A DNA stretch of 64,000 nt from Octopus vulgaris (lineage: Eukaryota): the NCBI GenBank assembly GCA_951406725.2, contig OX597823.1, positions 85,746,001 to 85,810,000 of the forward strand. Direction: 5' to 3'. This document shows, piece after piece, positions 27,413 through 41,710 of the stretch. A program made the translations under genes and the position numbers. Below the pieces are notes generated by a model. The model searched no databases. It saw nothing but the letters and a program-made list of their open reading frames with translations, and was not told where the DNA came from. Each line of letters starts with the position of its first letter. The first letter of the stretch is position 1.

Positions 27413-27533
27413 TTGAGCGAAAACACCTAAATCTCCACGACGCTCCTGCCGGAGGTGGTAGCGACCCCTGTTGTACTCTTTCGCCCCAACTTTCTCTCAC
27501 ACATTCTTCCTGTTTCTTGGGTAACGCTGCGAT
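27413..27533 (+). mobile_element. Internal fragment of a head-C/tail-iii SINE
   Basis: TTGAGCGAAAACACCTAAA.CTCCACGA..TTCTTGGGTAACGCTGCGAT. Confidence 0.75.
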
Positions 27534-27562
27534 ACCTTTGAGTCTCAATGACACCATTATCT

Positions 27563-27601
<39 letters not shown>

Positions 27602-28205
27602 GATATTAGTTGTTATTATTCCAAATAAGTTCAAGTATGCAAGTAATAAAGTTCAAAATGCACAGAGAATACATTAGAATTAATTAGAATTCAATTAAAT
27701 TTTAAATTATAGGAATACACTTTCGCACTAGATTGTCAAAAGGGTTTCGCGAATTATGTCTTACCTGGCCGTCGATACAAAAGCTGTGTTTACTGACAGA
27801 ATGCATCTCAGAGCATTATACGTTAACGTACAAATTCATTGGTTAATGTTCATTTATTAAGCTCATGTGGCAGTCACGTGTGTGTGTGTGTACACTGCAT
27901 ACAGCAGCACTGAATTTATTTCTAGCTTCTCTAAGCTTTATGCACATCAGCATAGGTTCTGTTCTTACTGGATGTCACCTACATATTTGGCATTCGTAAC
28001 TGACGAAGTGAAAACAACACGGAAACGTGTGCATCCTTTCTATCGAATAATGTCATTCACAATCTATCTGGGTTTTTTTTTCTAAGGACTAGTTCCGCAA
28101 TGGAAGGTCATATCATGCCCGAGTTAACATATTCATTGTGACTTCGCAATGATATAAATATGTATGAATGCTAACATTTATGTCTGTTATATATATATAC
28201 TATCA

Positions 28206-28354
28206 TACTCTTTTACTTGTGGCCATGCTGGAGCACCACCTTTAGTCGAGCAACTCGACCCCAGGACTTATACTTTGTAAGCCTAGTACTTATTCTATCG
28301 GTCTCTTCTGCCGAACCGCTAAGTTTCGGGAACGCAAACACACCAAGCGATGTT

Positions 28355-28421
<67 letters not shown>

Positions 28422-28684
28422 TGCATACATACATACATACATACATACATACATACATACATACATACATACATACATACATAAATACATACGACGGGCT
28501 TATTTTCAGTTTCCGCCTACCAGATCCACTCACAAGGCTTTGGTCAGTCCAAGGCTATAGTTGAAGGCACTTGCCTAAGTTGCCACGCAGTGGGAATGAA
28601 ACCTGAACCATGTAGTTGGTAAGCAAATTACTTACCACACAGCCACTCCCGCGCTTGCTTACCACACATCCATCCACTCCTGCG
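28206..28684 (-). mobile_element. SINE family B with a short head duplication
   Basis: Both halves flank (CA)(TA)(TACA)n. CTTACCACACA..CCACTCC occurs twice at 28630-28684. Confidence 0.88.
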
Positions 28685-29326
28685 ATTTTTAAAATTTCTG
28701 TCAGTAATTTAGGTACCCATAATCGGCCCGTCTTCACACGTCACCCATCTTGTTTGATTTAGCGAAATTTACGCTTTAAAGGACGTGATCTTTAGTTACC
28801 AGTTTGATCAAGGTCTTTTTGCTTTGCTATTTGTTTTTGCCTGTGACCGAAGTATAAGTGCACTGAGTGTATACTAAACATTATTATTAATTATCGCATT
28901 ATTTTGGATAACAAAGCTTTTGTTTGTTATCACAACACATGATACTTTTATTGCATCAAACACGTGAAACACAAAAGGTTTAAAACGAAGTATGAAAATT
29001 TGAAAAAAATTATTTATAAAATATTACAAAAGGTTTAATTGTATTCTAACAATTCCTAATACAAATTCAAATTACTTACAAGCATATTAATCATTATCTC
29101 TTTAAACAAAGATAATATATGTTTTAAAGTGGGGTTATCTAAAATCGAAATGAGAACTCTTTCTTCTAAAATGCAGGCATGGTCGCCCACACACGCACAC
29201 TAAGTTTTATGATAAGCACAGTACGTAAATCTACGTGCACACAAAATATTAGTTGCATTGTGAGTATGCAATCCTTAAAACATGGTTCTTTGACTTGTAT
29301 GTACGTTGTATGTTCCAGCAGCTTAA

Positions 29327-29528
29327 GGTGGTGAGCTGGCAGAATCGTTACCGCACTGGGCAAAATGCTTATGAGCAGGTCGTCTGTCTTTATGTCTTGA
29401 GTTCAAATTCCTCCTAGGTCGACTTTCAGAGTCGTTAAAATAAGTACCAGCTGAGCACTGGGAGTTGATGCAATTCACTTACCCTCTCTCGCAAAATTGT
29501 TGCCTATGTGCCAATATTTGAAACCAAC
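29327..29528 (+). mobile_element. Degenerate SINE family A
   Basis: GGTGGTGAGCTGGCAGAATCGTTA..GAGTTCAAATTCC..TAAGTACCAGCTGAGCACTGGG. Confidence 0.75.
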
Positions 29529-30433
29529 ATCTTCCAGTAATTAGCTTGTGTGTGTATACAGGGTGTACATAGGTCTTTTTCTCTTATATGTTTGTAAAGG
29601 CGATTTACTTACATAAAGGCTACTATAAAAATAATAATATGATCAGTAAAGTAGAACACCATTGAAAGAAATAAATAGTTTAATCACTAAAACCATGATG
29701 AAGTATATATACCATATTATCAACAATAGAAATAGATTATATAGAATTTATTCAATATTTCTATCATTATACTTAATTATTTACTTATTAGGTGGTATCT
29801 ATAAAAACTGATCACTGGTATTACTAAAAGAATATTGGGGTGATAGAACATGTTAACTATATATCAATTATAAGCTAAGCGGTTTAATATTTAAAGTTTC
29901 CAGTGCTAATACATACATGATAATATAGATTCATAGGGGTGCATAATTAGGAGGATTACTTACATAAAGGCCTTTATAAAAGTAATAATGTGATCAGAAG
30001 GGTGGAACACTATAGAAAGGAATAAATGGCTTCATTACTAAAATCATAAAATCATAACTAGGCAGGAATATTCATAGGATAGTATACTAACTCCATGTAG
30101 CAAACTAACTTACTATACTATATAACTTATATTATACGCAATGTAATTTAATTCTTCACATGTAACTGAATATCACCTGATTTATATATATATATATATA
30201 TATAATACCAGAGGGTAAGTATAATTAGATTCAACACTAGCATTTAAAAAATTATTTTCAATCAATCCAGTTTAAGCACAACACCTATAAAAGGCTTATT
30301 TCGAAAATATCTAAAAGCTTTATTCACCTTATTCTGAAGTTGTACGGATACTACCGCACTAATTTTGGGGCTTCAACTTAAGTACCTAATGCATCTGAAT
30401 CACAATTAGATAGATAGATAGATTAATAGATAA

Positions 30434-30655
30434 ATTTCTTTATTGGCCACGCAGGGCTAAATACAGGGGCAAAATACAAATTAGAACTTTACTTTTTGGA
30501 AAGAAGAGAAGGGGAAGGGGGGGGGCAAATTCCATTCAAAAGGGAGCGTGAGAAAAACAAAGGAGGGAATTCCGATCAAAAGGGATCGTGAAAAGAAAAA
30601 AAAAAAACGGAGTGACCCAGTGGTATCTCTATGAACAACAGAGGCACGTACGAGA
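30434..30655 (-). mobile_element. LINE-like 3' UTR sharing its terminal sequence with SINE family A
   Basis: The minus-strand end TATTTAGCCCTGCGTGGCCAATAAAGAAAT plus (CTAT)n matches the SINE A tail TGTTTAGCCCCTTGTGGGCAATAAAGAAAT. The upstream pyrimidine-rich body is unrelated to the SINE. Confidence 0.55.
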
Positions 30656-31412
30656 ATATCAGATACCATACAGAATGAATTCTTGAAATTAGCTCTGTCT
30701 CCAGAAGATATGTCACAACTGCTAAATGGCAACTGGTACCTCAACATATGTATACTGATCTCGCTCAGTACATCTTTGCCTTTCGTTTATCCAAGCAGAT
30801 GTGAAACATTTCAGTGTTTGCTCGAGTAATTTAACGCTCCTCCAAAAATGTTTGCGATGCCACAATCTCCAGATCAAATCTGTCCTAAAGCAGCGGCTTT
30901 TTTCTTGGACATTATTAATGCGTTGCACTGAAGAGACTTATGAACATGGGTAAATGAATTATTTTCTAAAGATAAAAGATAATTCATGCCCAGGACTCAT
31001 TAATGTAGTGACAGTGTGCACGCCCAGGCAAGCCTTTGAGTAAACCGACCTCCCCTAACCACAACCACCACCACTTGCCCCCCACCCCCCAGCCTATACA
31101 GTAGTACCAAATGCATTTCTTCCATGAACCATCTCCATCGGTAATTACTCTACTATTATATCGATGCCTACTCATCGTAGACATCCCATCACATGACACG
31201 GTCTACATGTGGTTTTGTATGATCAGATGTGATTTGAAGTACACAGTAAATACATTCACTGGTTCCTATCAACCGTTCGTTGCTACAGTTAAGTTTGGCT
31301 ACCAATGAAGGGCAAGGAAGTTTGCATTGATAAATGTCTATAACGTATTTAAAAGACTACAAACATGGAGAAAATAAAAGCGCGCGCACGCGCACATACA
31401 TACACACACATA

Positions 31413-31468
<56 letters not shown>

Positions 31469-31686
31469 TATATACACCCGAACACACATTCCATCACACA
31501 CACATATACACACACCCTCACATACACACGGGGATATATATATATATATTAATAATAGAAGGGTTAAATTTATTAATTAAATTCATTCATTCATTCTTAT
31601 AGTAGCAGGAAAGGAATTTTTAACTCCTATTTCTAATTTCGGTATGTGGTGAAGCAGTTAGCTGAACCCTAATTATAATTATATGG

Positions 31687-31752
<66 letters not shown>

Positions 31753-32241
31753 ATATATGCATATTTGAATATGCATATGTATATCTAAGTATCTATCTAT
31801 TTACCTATCCATTAGTCTACGTATACATGTATAGAGTGAGAGATTAAGAAAGGTACATAGATGGATATATATATAGATAGATAGATAAATAGATAGATAA
31901 ATAGATAAATAGATTGATAGATAGATAGATAGATAGATACAGAGAGCGAGAGACAGAGTTTGCATTGATAAAGGTGGTACGTAGTTAAAGGAGACAAGGA
32001 GGCTACGCAGCAATAAATTGAAAGAGCGTTTCGTGGTTTCAATCCATGGTGGGAGCGTTTTCCTCTTTTTTCCATTTTATATTCTATTTGCGACATTACA
32101 TGTCTATAAGATGTATTTAAAAGTCAGATTGTAAGCGATAGTATATATACATACAGATACGCTAAAAAATATGCTTAATATAACATAGACGTATACACAA
32201 AAGAGAAAACGTAGATATATGTGTGTCAGTGTGTGTGTGTG

Positions 32242-32298
<57 letters not shown>

Positions 32299-32524
32299 TT
32301 GTCTTTCGGAGAGTAATGATGGACATGATTAGTATTCCTGCGTCTAGTAAATGATTTGGGTAATAAAAATATTTTTCCGCATATATGTTTACACATATAT
32401 ATATATATATCTACACACAGAAACACACATACATACATACACACACACACACATAAATATATATACACCGGAACACACATGCACGTACACACACATATAC
32501 ACACACACTCACATACGCACAGGG

Positions 32525-32590
<66 letters not shown>

Positions 32591-32709
32591 AGATATACAT
32601 ATATGATTCATAGATATACGTCTCTATGTATATCTATGTATCTATCTATTTACATATCTATCAGTTTACGTATATATAAATAGAGCGAGAGAGTGAGACA
32701 CTGAGATAC

Positions 32710-32742
<33 letters not shown>

Positions 32743-32762
32743 CATATATTAATGCATACATA

Positions 32763-32800
<38 letters not shown>

Positions 32801-33197
32801 AATAAAGAAGATACAAGCCCAGGCACTCACAAAATCGCATATATATATATACACTTATATAAGTATATATATGTATGTATGTATGAATGCATATGCCGGA
32901 CCATGTGTGTGTGTGTGTGTGCGTGTCTGTATTTTTGTGTGTGTATGCGTGCCTGTCGTTTGTAAGAATGTATTCATAAACGGAATGTATAACAACTCAT
33001 GAATTATCCCTCACGCATTACACGACTCAGTATTCATCTTTCTTTTGCTTCAAGTCTTTCATATGCTTATGTATTTATGTATGTTTTTTGTTAGACAAGA
33101 ACGAGTGTATAGATTATTATATTATTTCGCCTACTTACACATTTCTTTTTCATTAATGGCTTCTGTAACAGACTTTTTATATAGTGCACGTCTTCGG

Positions 33198-33459
<262 letters not shown>

Positions 33460-34522
33460 CTTTAAACTATTTTGCATTTCAATTAATATTTTTCATATAT
33501 ATGCATGTACATATAGAAATGTATATGTAATTTATGTATATGTTTGTTTATTTGTTTGTGTGTGTGTGTGTGTGGGTGTGTGCGTGTGTGTGTGTTTCTC
33601 TGTGAGTGTTTACTGCTGATTTTAGGATTGCAATGCAAATATCGAAATCTCACTGGGAAATCATGTTCGAAGAGAGCCATTTCGTTAAGGAAACAAGGAA
33701 TTCTTCTGGGAACGAACAAAGATAGTCTCCATGTTATACCACTATCGGCAATAAAAATATTTGGTAACGCAGAAGCCGAAAAGCCGAAAACATAGAAATG
33801 TGTATATACACGCATTACAAAGATACGTAAACATGTTTGTGGCTGTGTGTGTTTCTGTGTGTGCACTTGTATGTGTGTGTGTGTGTGTAGTGTCATTTTC
33901 CTCTTTTATATTTCATGTTTTCCAATGCTTATAAATGCTTATAACAAGTTTGCGTTTCAACATTCCATTAAAATTGTTTATAGACACATTACCTTTGTAG
34001 TATTTCTTTAATACATTTTTTTTGTTTCTGTTATCGTTTCTTTTTCTTTTTTTTCTTTTTGTATTTCTCTAGTTTGAAAAACGATTGTCTGCTTTTCTTC
34101 TCTTTATTTTCACTTTTTTTCCTATATACTTCGTAGTCTGATGTGAATATCTATTCTCTTAGTTTCCCTTTTCGTTGTTTTCTCTTCGTAACAAAGAAAA
34201 CAAAACCGAAACTCTATAAATTTTATTAAGTATTTGATATAACTCCAGTTTTTACTTATCATAAGTGGAGTCAGAATCATCGAGATACAAAGCATTACAA
34301 GCAAACAATGATGATATATTTAGAAGTTATACGACACAGTGATTTGTTTTTATATGTTTGATTTCTATAAATGTATACATAACCACTTACACACGCACAC
34401 ACACGCAAACACGCAGACATACATTCAAACATGTACATATATACCACGTGATTTTATTCTGGGTCTCTTCGTTGTTATGACCCTTCTCTTTCTACTCTTC
34501 CCAAAGGCTCTTGGAATTTTCT

Positions 34523-34556
34523 CTCTCTGAAGAAGGATTATCTCCGAAACGTTTTA
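34523..34556 (+). ncRNA. Degenerate minimal hammerhead motif
   Basis: CTGAAGA-A-GGA-TTATC-TCC-GAAACGTT. The core and stem II are intact; stem I is not paired. Confidence 0.45.
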
Positions 34557-34701
34557 ACTCTAACACTTTCCATTCTCCCTTCAACCTCAAGTTAGTCATA
34601 TTGACTATAAACTTCACTTCTACTTTTGTTGTTTGTTGCATTGCCTTTTGTTCTATTTGCTTTATATTTATTATATATATACATATAGATAAACAGACAA
34701 A

Positions 34702-34702
34702 G

Positions 34703-34791
<89 letters not shown>
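34702..34791. repeat. (GATA)n microsatellite
   Basis: Read directly from the sequence. Confidence 0.95.
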
Positions 34792-35520
34792 TCCCATGTC
34801 TGTGACGAAGTTGTAGGGGAAATTCTAGGAGTTGATGTAAATCAATTGACAAATGTTTTCCAGTAGGTTTCGGTTCCAGTCCTTGCAGAATTTCTTGGCC
34901 TAATAGTGCTACGGAACGCTTTGCCGGGAAACTCTACAGGTGTGGAGATTTCGTAAACCCCGCTGTACTGAGCTGTACATAGAACAATGAAACCATATTG
35001 ATACATTTGTTCAGAGTTCAACCACTGCTAACTTGTAGATATTTATGGACGGCTATTTTTGCATGCAGAAAACTAGGCTACTGGTCAATGCCAACATGAA
35101 AGTCACCCCAAGAGCAGGTTTTCTTTTGTTCCACTGAAAGAGCCTATTATATAGTGAACGATCCTAAAATTAATCAAGACGATCATTTTCCAAACCTTCA
35201 TCAGATGTTTCAAGTTCAACTTGGAAGAGACGAGGAAGAGAAAGAGGTGGGGTTACTTTTCATCAAATTTATCAAATGTGACTGCTAGTGATTAGACAAA
35301 AAATATACAAAAATAGAGACAGATGAAAGAACTACAAGCAAGGTGCATGTGTTTGACGCACGTGGAAAATGGAAGATGGGTTTTGAAGTTTTGAGTTTAT
35401 GCTCTTCAATAGAAAGGAATGAGGATAGAAAACAGATGGAGAGAGGAAACATAGAAAGAAAAATGTATGTGTAGCAGTTAATTCAGAAAAGGTTTTTCTT
35501 TCCATATTTTCTCTTTCAAA

Positions 35521-35732
35521 GGCGGTGAGCTGGAATAATCGTTCGTGCCCCGGACAAAGTGTTTATTGGCATTTTGTGTTTACGTTCTGAGATCAAATTC
35601 CACTGAGGTTGACATTGCTTCTCATCGTTTTAGTGTCGATAAAATAAGTACCAGTTGAGCACTGGAGTTGATGTGATCGATTTACACCTCTCTTGAAACT
35701 GCTGGCCTTGTGCCAAAATTTGAAGCCAGTAT
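35521..35732 (+). mobile_element. Degenerate SINE family A
   Basis: GGCGGTGAGCTGGAATAATCGTT..GTCGATAAAATAAGTACCAGTTGAGCACTGG..GGCCTTGTGCCAAAATTTGAA. Confidence 0.78.
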
Positions 35733-35940
35733 TTGAGAGGTATCGAAATGTTATTGCAACGTTAGTTTTATTAGATGCTTTTTGATACTTTAGTAAACCC
35801 AAGAGAGAGCGGTTGCTGCTACTATTAATGTATCACCATACCTCTATGTTATTGTAACACTGACTACTTTATTTCATAAAATTTGCCATGACGGCATTAC
35901 CAAGAGTAGCTTGCGGGCTGGACAAAAACAATAATGAGAT

Positions 35941-36108
35941 GTAGGAGTGGTTGTGTGGTAAGTAGCTTGCTTACGAAACACATGGTTCCGGGTTCAGTCC
36001 CACTGCGTGGCACCTTGGGCAAGTGTCTAGTGCTATAGCCTCGGGCCGACCAAAGTCTTGTGAGTGGATTTGGTAGACGGAAACTGAAAGAAGCCCGTCG
36101 TATATATG

Positions 36109-36168
<60 letters not shown>

Positions 36169-36392
36169 TGTGTGTGTGTGTGTTTGTGTGTCTGTGTTTG
36201 TTCCCCTAACATCGCTTGACAACCGATGCTGGTGTGTTTACGTCCCCGTAACTTAGCGGTTCGGCAAAAGAACCGATAGAATAAGTACTAGGCTTATAAA
36301 GAATAAGTCCTGAGGTCGATTTGGTCGACTAAAGGTGGTGCTCCAGCTTGACCACAGTCAAATGACTGAAACAAGTAAAAGAGTAAAAGAGT
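35941..36392 (+). mobile_element. SINE family B, near full length
   Basis: AGGAGTGGTTGTGTGGTAAG head, internal (TA)n(TG)n and (TAAAAGAG)n tail. Confidence 0.92.
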
Positions 36393-37062
36393 GAATGATG
36401 AAAAAAAGATGACAGTGATGGGAGAAGACAAAAACCGCCCGCCGATATTTTTGCTTCTCTAATACATTATTGTTTATTTTTTAAAAAATAACAAAATGAG
36501 GCATTTAAATCTCTTACTTTAGTTTATTACAAATTTTCTTTTGTCTTTCTACAAGAAAGAACACACAAAATGAGGCAATAAACCTCTTACACAGACTGAG
36601 ACACCAAGTCTCTTCAACCATCCCCTGTCAATTCTCTTGCCGCCTGCAGGGTAACACTGACTACTTGACATATCATAGTACAACTGGATTTCATAGAGGC
36701 TCTATTGTACTCTCGATTCGAATGTATTCCTTAATTTGTTGGATATATTGTAGTATATTGTATTATTGATGATAGTGTTCCTAGGTCTGATTTTTTAAAA
36801 ATCATATGTATGTAGATTGCGCTCAAAGGGTGAGGGACATTTTTGAGGTCCATCTCGGTCAAATTGTTGGTTGCCTGCATGCCCATCACTGAGCACTCAG
36901 GGAGAAATTTTGCTCATGTTCAGATCTTCATGAATAATTCTATGTAATGTTGCCACACCAGATCCGAAGTGTATTCCTGTTGTTTTTATAGAAATAACGA
37001 TTTTTATCGGGAAAATTTCGAATTTTCTCAGTCAGCTCTGATGTTCTGACACCCCCTCTCCC

Positions 37063-37110
<48 letters not shown>

Positions 37111-40100
37111 CGATTCTTTCCATCGTCTCTCACATCCTTTCTACCGTTCTTCAATGTCTTCTGTCAGCGAAATATTTAATCGACAAGTAAGGTGGAGCAT
37201 TTCATTTTCATTCTCACCTACAACCACTGTACCTCATACTGATCCCACAGTTTTGTAACATTTCCCCCAATTCCACACAATCCTTTATAGCATAACGATC
37301 TTCCAAACGTCATCCATAAAATGCAGTGTTAAGTAAGGTAGGTTCAAGGTGCCGTTTCAGTCGTCTCCTTCACTATAGAATAAAATTTGATAGGTCAGCT
37401 TATTATATATTTAGCAATGATATGCTAAAATTACAATGATCTAGAACAGTTGTAATTGTCTCACTTAAAATAAAAGTCTCAAATCTTCTGAAATGCATCT
37501 TGTATTTAACAGGAAAATATAATATCGCTAGCTATATGTGTTGATCGAATATAAGCATGTTAGCTGTCTGAGATGGAGGTGTAAATTTAGTCTTTTCTTT
37601 ATCATTTCAATTCCCGTCATTAATTCTGTTAAGAAACGCATGAGTGTTTCAACTTATCGTCTAAATAGTATGGAAGAGAAAATAAGGATCTGAAACCTCT
37701 GGACAAAGCTCTGACACGTATTTTAATTCTCACTTACAACTACCATGTCTCACACTGATCCCACAACTTTTGTGTAACGGTTTTATATTCTTATTTTCTC
37801 GGCACAGGGAGATGATGTTGTGCCCATGGCTTTCTCAAAAGGATTTGAGACTAAAGTAGAATAAAATGCTTTCAATCGTAAATTGAAACTGCGACGCAAT
37901 CTCAGTTTGCCGAGGAATTAACAGCCATTCTATGTCTTTCACAATTGTATGAATAATATTGCCGGAAATTGATTTTGAAATCCTTTTGATCCGAATCTTT
38001 ATTCATATTTCTTTCCTCACACAATGTTTCTAAATCGTGACCTAATCCGATTAAATCCCTTATATATTCAACAATAAATACAGTCGAGTTAATAAAATGC
38101 ATATATATTAAAACCGTTATTTAATCTATGAGTTCTGTTTCAAATTGATTCCAAAATTTTGTAGAGCAGAAAAATTGTAACAGATTTTCAATTAGTTTAT
38201 TAATATGCAAAAGAGTCTCCATCTTTTATTTAAGAATTTTTGATGTGAATCGAAACCGGTTCGTCTACACAACGCAGAATCAGCAAACATTATACTCGCC
38301 ACGTTAGTGTTTCATTTTTGTTTTGTTTCTTTTTCACATTGAATATATAGACAATATTCAAAGCTCTAATTTATTCAAGTTATTTCTCAACATATCTTTA
38401 AAATTACATAAGATTCAATGACTTTAAAAAAAGTCTGGCCAGTTAAAATTAATCATAAAACAACGAGATAAATTAGATGTTTTCAAAATAATAATTATGC
38501 ATTAATTTAGGGAAATATGAACCCTATCTAAGTCGTGCAGTTTTTCTCAGGCTAAAAAGAGAAAAAAATACATATAAACAAGTTCCCTTGTTTTCTCTCT
38601 ATTGCAGTGGACAATGATTTAATTTTTTTTTTTTTTTACATGGGAACGCTTTTTTATAAAGGACAAATATGATTCATTTACACAATATTCAGGACCTTAT
38701 TAATAATTTATGAGATCATTCTTTCAATTCTTTTGTCAGCTTTTTTTAGTCGCAATTTATAATACAAATACGATAGCACAATGAAACCTTTCTCTTTTTT
38801 TCCTCCAACAACAAAGAGTTTGACATTTTATCCTTTTGGCTGTTATTCTTTGATTTCTATTTCCATTCTAGTTTTTAAAAAAATATTCTATTTATATTTA
38901 AAAACACTTCGTTTACAAAATTTCAAATTAGATTTACATTAAAACAAGTTTCTTCACACGATTCTTGGCTTAACTATGAAACCAAATACTGACTTTTTGT
39001 TCCGGTGTATTATCAATTGTTTTCATGCAAATAAGATTATTCTTCGACAATTTCACGATTATCGTACAATTAAACAAATATTGTTAGTTATTTTCTTTCT
39101 ATACATTTATTTTCATATTGTTTTTATTTCCCGATTTTTTTTAATTGACGTTTTTGCTGGCTTTTTCCCCCCACCCTCGTTTCTTTTAAAAACTGTCTTA
39201 GTATTTGCCCCGTTAAGGCCGCCCAAAAAAAAAAAAAAAATGGAGGAACACATAAAAGCAAGAAAAGCAAACAAATAATAAAAATTGCCACATATCTAGC
39301 TAGACGAGGAATGCAGAGTTGGATCAATTTTTAATTGACATAGTAATGCCATCCTTATCATTAAATGTTATTTTTATCATTCGCTAAAGCTAAAAATATT
39401 TTCTTTCTGAATATTCATCCCTTTCGTTGTTTTGTATAATAATTATTCTCATTTCTCCCTTTTAATGCTTCCCCCTTTTCAGGGCGGACTTTCTAATCAA
39501 GTATCTTCTTTTATATTAATCAATAAAAGATTTTTTCCTACAATGTAATTCTGCCAACGCAATTTAATGTGATTCTTTCCTAACTGTAATGCAAGCATTC
39601 ATTCACTTTTATAAACATGTTATCTTTCACAGAGTGCAAGAATATTGAATGCAAACGTTTGGGTCTAATTTTGTGCCTTTCCTTTCTGTCTTTATACCAC
39701 GGCTTCCAACAGAACAATCTACCAACTTAGAAATATGAGATCCTGAAAAGGGGGAATGGAAAACAAAATACACAGAAAAAGAATAGGAAAAAAATCATGC
39801 ATATAGATCAAAGTTCATTCTCTCTCTCTTTCTTTTGTGTTATGTAGCTTCACTCTCGGGAAAGTAATTCCATACACGTTATCTCATAGCCCCTGTTATT
39901 TTCCTTTCTTTTTGCGAAACTGTAAAGCTTAGCTGCAACATAGAAAGAAAAAAATGACACCACCGCCTCCCTGCTATCTATGCACATTTTTTTCAATATG
40001 ATAGGCTGTTTAGTACATAATTTTATGTAAATGAAAGGCTATCGTTTTCTGGCCTCATCTTGACCAGAGGATATAAAGTTGGTTGTAACGCCCAACGAGG

Positions 40101-40161
40101 AATAAGAAATATATGTGTGAAATATCTCGTTTAACACGTCAGTGTGTCAGACCTATTCACA

Positions 40162-40363
40162 TCTTTTACTTTTTACTCATTCCAGTCGTTTCACTGCGGC
40201 TAAGCAGGAGCACCGCCTTCAAGAATTTTAATCGAACGGATTGACCGTACTACGTATTATTTTTTTATTTTATTTATATATTTTTTTTTTGTAAAGGTCT
40301 CTTTTACCGAACTGTTAAGTTACTGGGACGTGTAAATACACTAACACCCGTTGTCAAGAAACA

Positions 40364-40405
<42 letters not shown>

Positions 40406-40535
40406 GCGGGCTTTTTCAGTTTCCGTCTGCCAAATCCACTTACACAGTTTTGGTCGGTCCGGGGGTGTAGTAGGCGACACTTAACTAAGGTACCACGTAG
40501 TGGGACTAAACCCGGAATCATGCGGTTGAGAAGCA
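40162..40535 (-). mobile_element. Degenerate SINE family B
   Basis: CTTTTACTC..GGAGCACCGCC..(TA)n..TTCAGTTTCCGTCTGCCAAATCCACT. Confidence 0.78.
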
Positions 40536-40765
40536 AAACATATGATGAGATTTAAGCGACGATTAGTGAGCCATTTTAAAAATGCATTTCGGAATAGTGG
40601 AACGTACGTAGGAATTAGATATTTACAATTGTGTTAATTTGCCATCATTTATATATAAAGCCATGCCTATAGTTAAAATAGATTCTTTTTAGCTTTTTTA
40701 GTATCCACACTATATTTCAATCTCACTCAGGCCTGAACATTACTGCATGTATTATTCTTAGAAGC

Positions 40766-40885
40766 AGGCGAGCCGGCCGAATAGTTAGCACGCCAGACAA
40801 AATGCTTAGCAGCATTTCGTCCGTCTTTACGTTCTGAGTTCAAATTCCGCCGAGGTCGACTTTGCCTTCCATCCTATTGATAAAA
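40766..40885 (+). mobile_element. SINE family A, 5' fragment
   Basis: GTTAGCACGCCAGACAAAATGCTTAGC..GAGTTCAAATTCCGCCGAGGTCGACTTTGCC. Confidence 0.8.
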
Positions 40886-41255
40886 CTGACTTGGTCACCC
40901 TATGTCTTTGATCTTATAGTAGAATGGACTCTAAGAAGTGTGCATAGAATTATAAGCAGACATTTGACTTCTAGAGATGCAGCTAAATTTATGTTAAGTA
41001 GCACACTAGGGCAATGTGTTTCTCGATACACTTCTCATGAATTTAAAAAAGAAAACCTGCAGTGATCACAGTTTGACTACCTTACTTCAGAAGTCTGATA
41101 CAGAAAGATACAGGGTTCAAACTAGGGTCTTCATTTCTAAAATACGAGTAATAATTCTCTTCCATACTATGTTACTCATAAATCGGAGAGCCAACAATTC
41201 ATCTAAGATATTTAGACATGTATGACTAACCTTACTGGCTTAATTTGCTCTAGAC

Positions 41256-41552
41256 CAGTGTTTCCCAACACATATTCCCACAGGCCCCACTATAACTTTC
41301 CAGAAAAATCTATGCCCCACTCATGGTTGGAAAAAAATTATTTTGAATATTTCATCACAATATTTTAATACAAAAAAAACTCTACTGGTGACTCTTTTAT
41401 TTAGTACTGAGTACAAAAAGAAGTACATTACTGATTAAGAAAAAAGTGAATCATTTTAAATGAGAACCTTGTGCCTGACAACTACAGCATCATGGCCCAG
41501 CATCAGTTTCCCAGGGCCATTGGTGGGGCGTGTGCCCCACGCTGGGCTACTA
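41256..41552. mobile_element. hAT-like MITE remnant
   Basis: Starts CAGTGTTTCCCAAC after CTCTAGAC, an NTCTAGAN-type target. GCCCCAC subterminal motifs are present and the right end is degenerate. Confidence 0.55.
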
Positions 41553-41710
41553 CCACCACCACTAACAACAACAACAACAACACCAGTGTTACTACTAGTA
41601 CTACTACTACTACTACTACTACTACTGTTGCTGCTGCTTAATAGTATTGCAACTACTACTACAACTATTACGCCTACTACTACTACTACTACTACAACAA
41701 CAACAACAAC
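41548..41710. repeat. (CTA)/(CAA)n trinucleotide repeats
   Basis: Read directly from the sequence. Confidence 0.9.

Noticed and set aside
30720-30930. Possible hAT transposase remnant (minus strand, TKGKDVLSEISIHMLRYQLPF)
   Set aside because: The similarity is too short and interrupted to support without a search.
33620-33790. Possible host exon after TTTTAG
   Set aside because: No recognisable protein similarity and no convincing donor site or partner exons.
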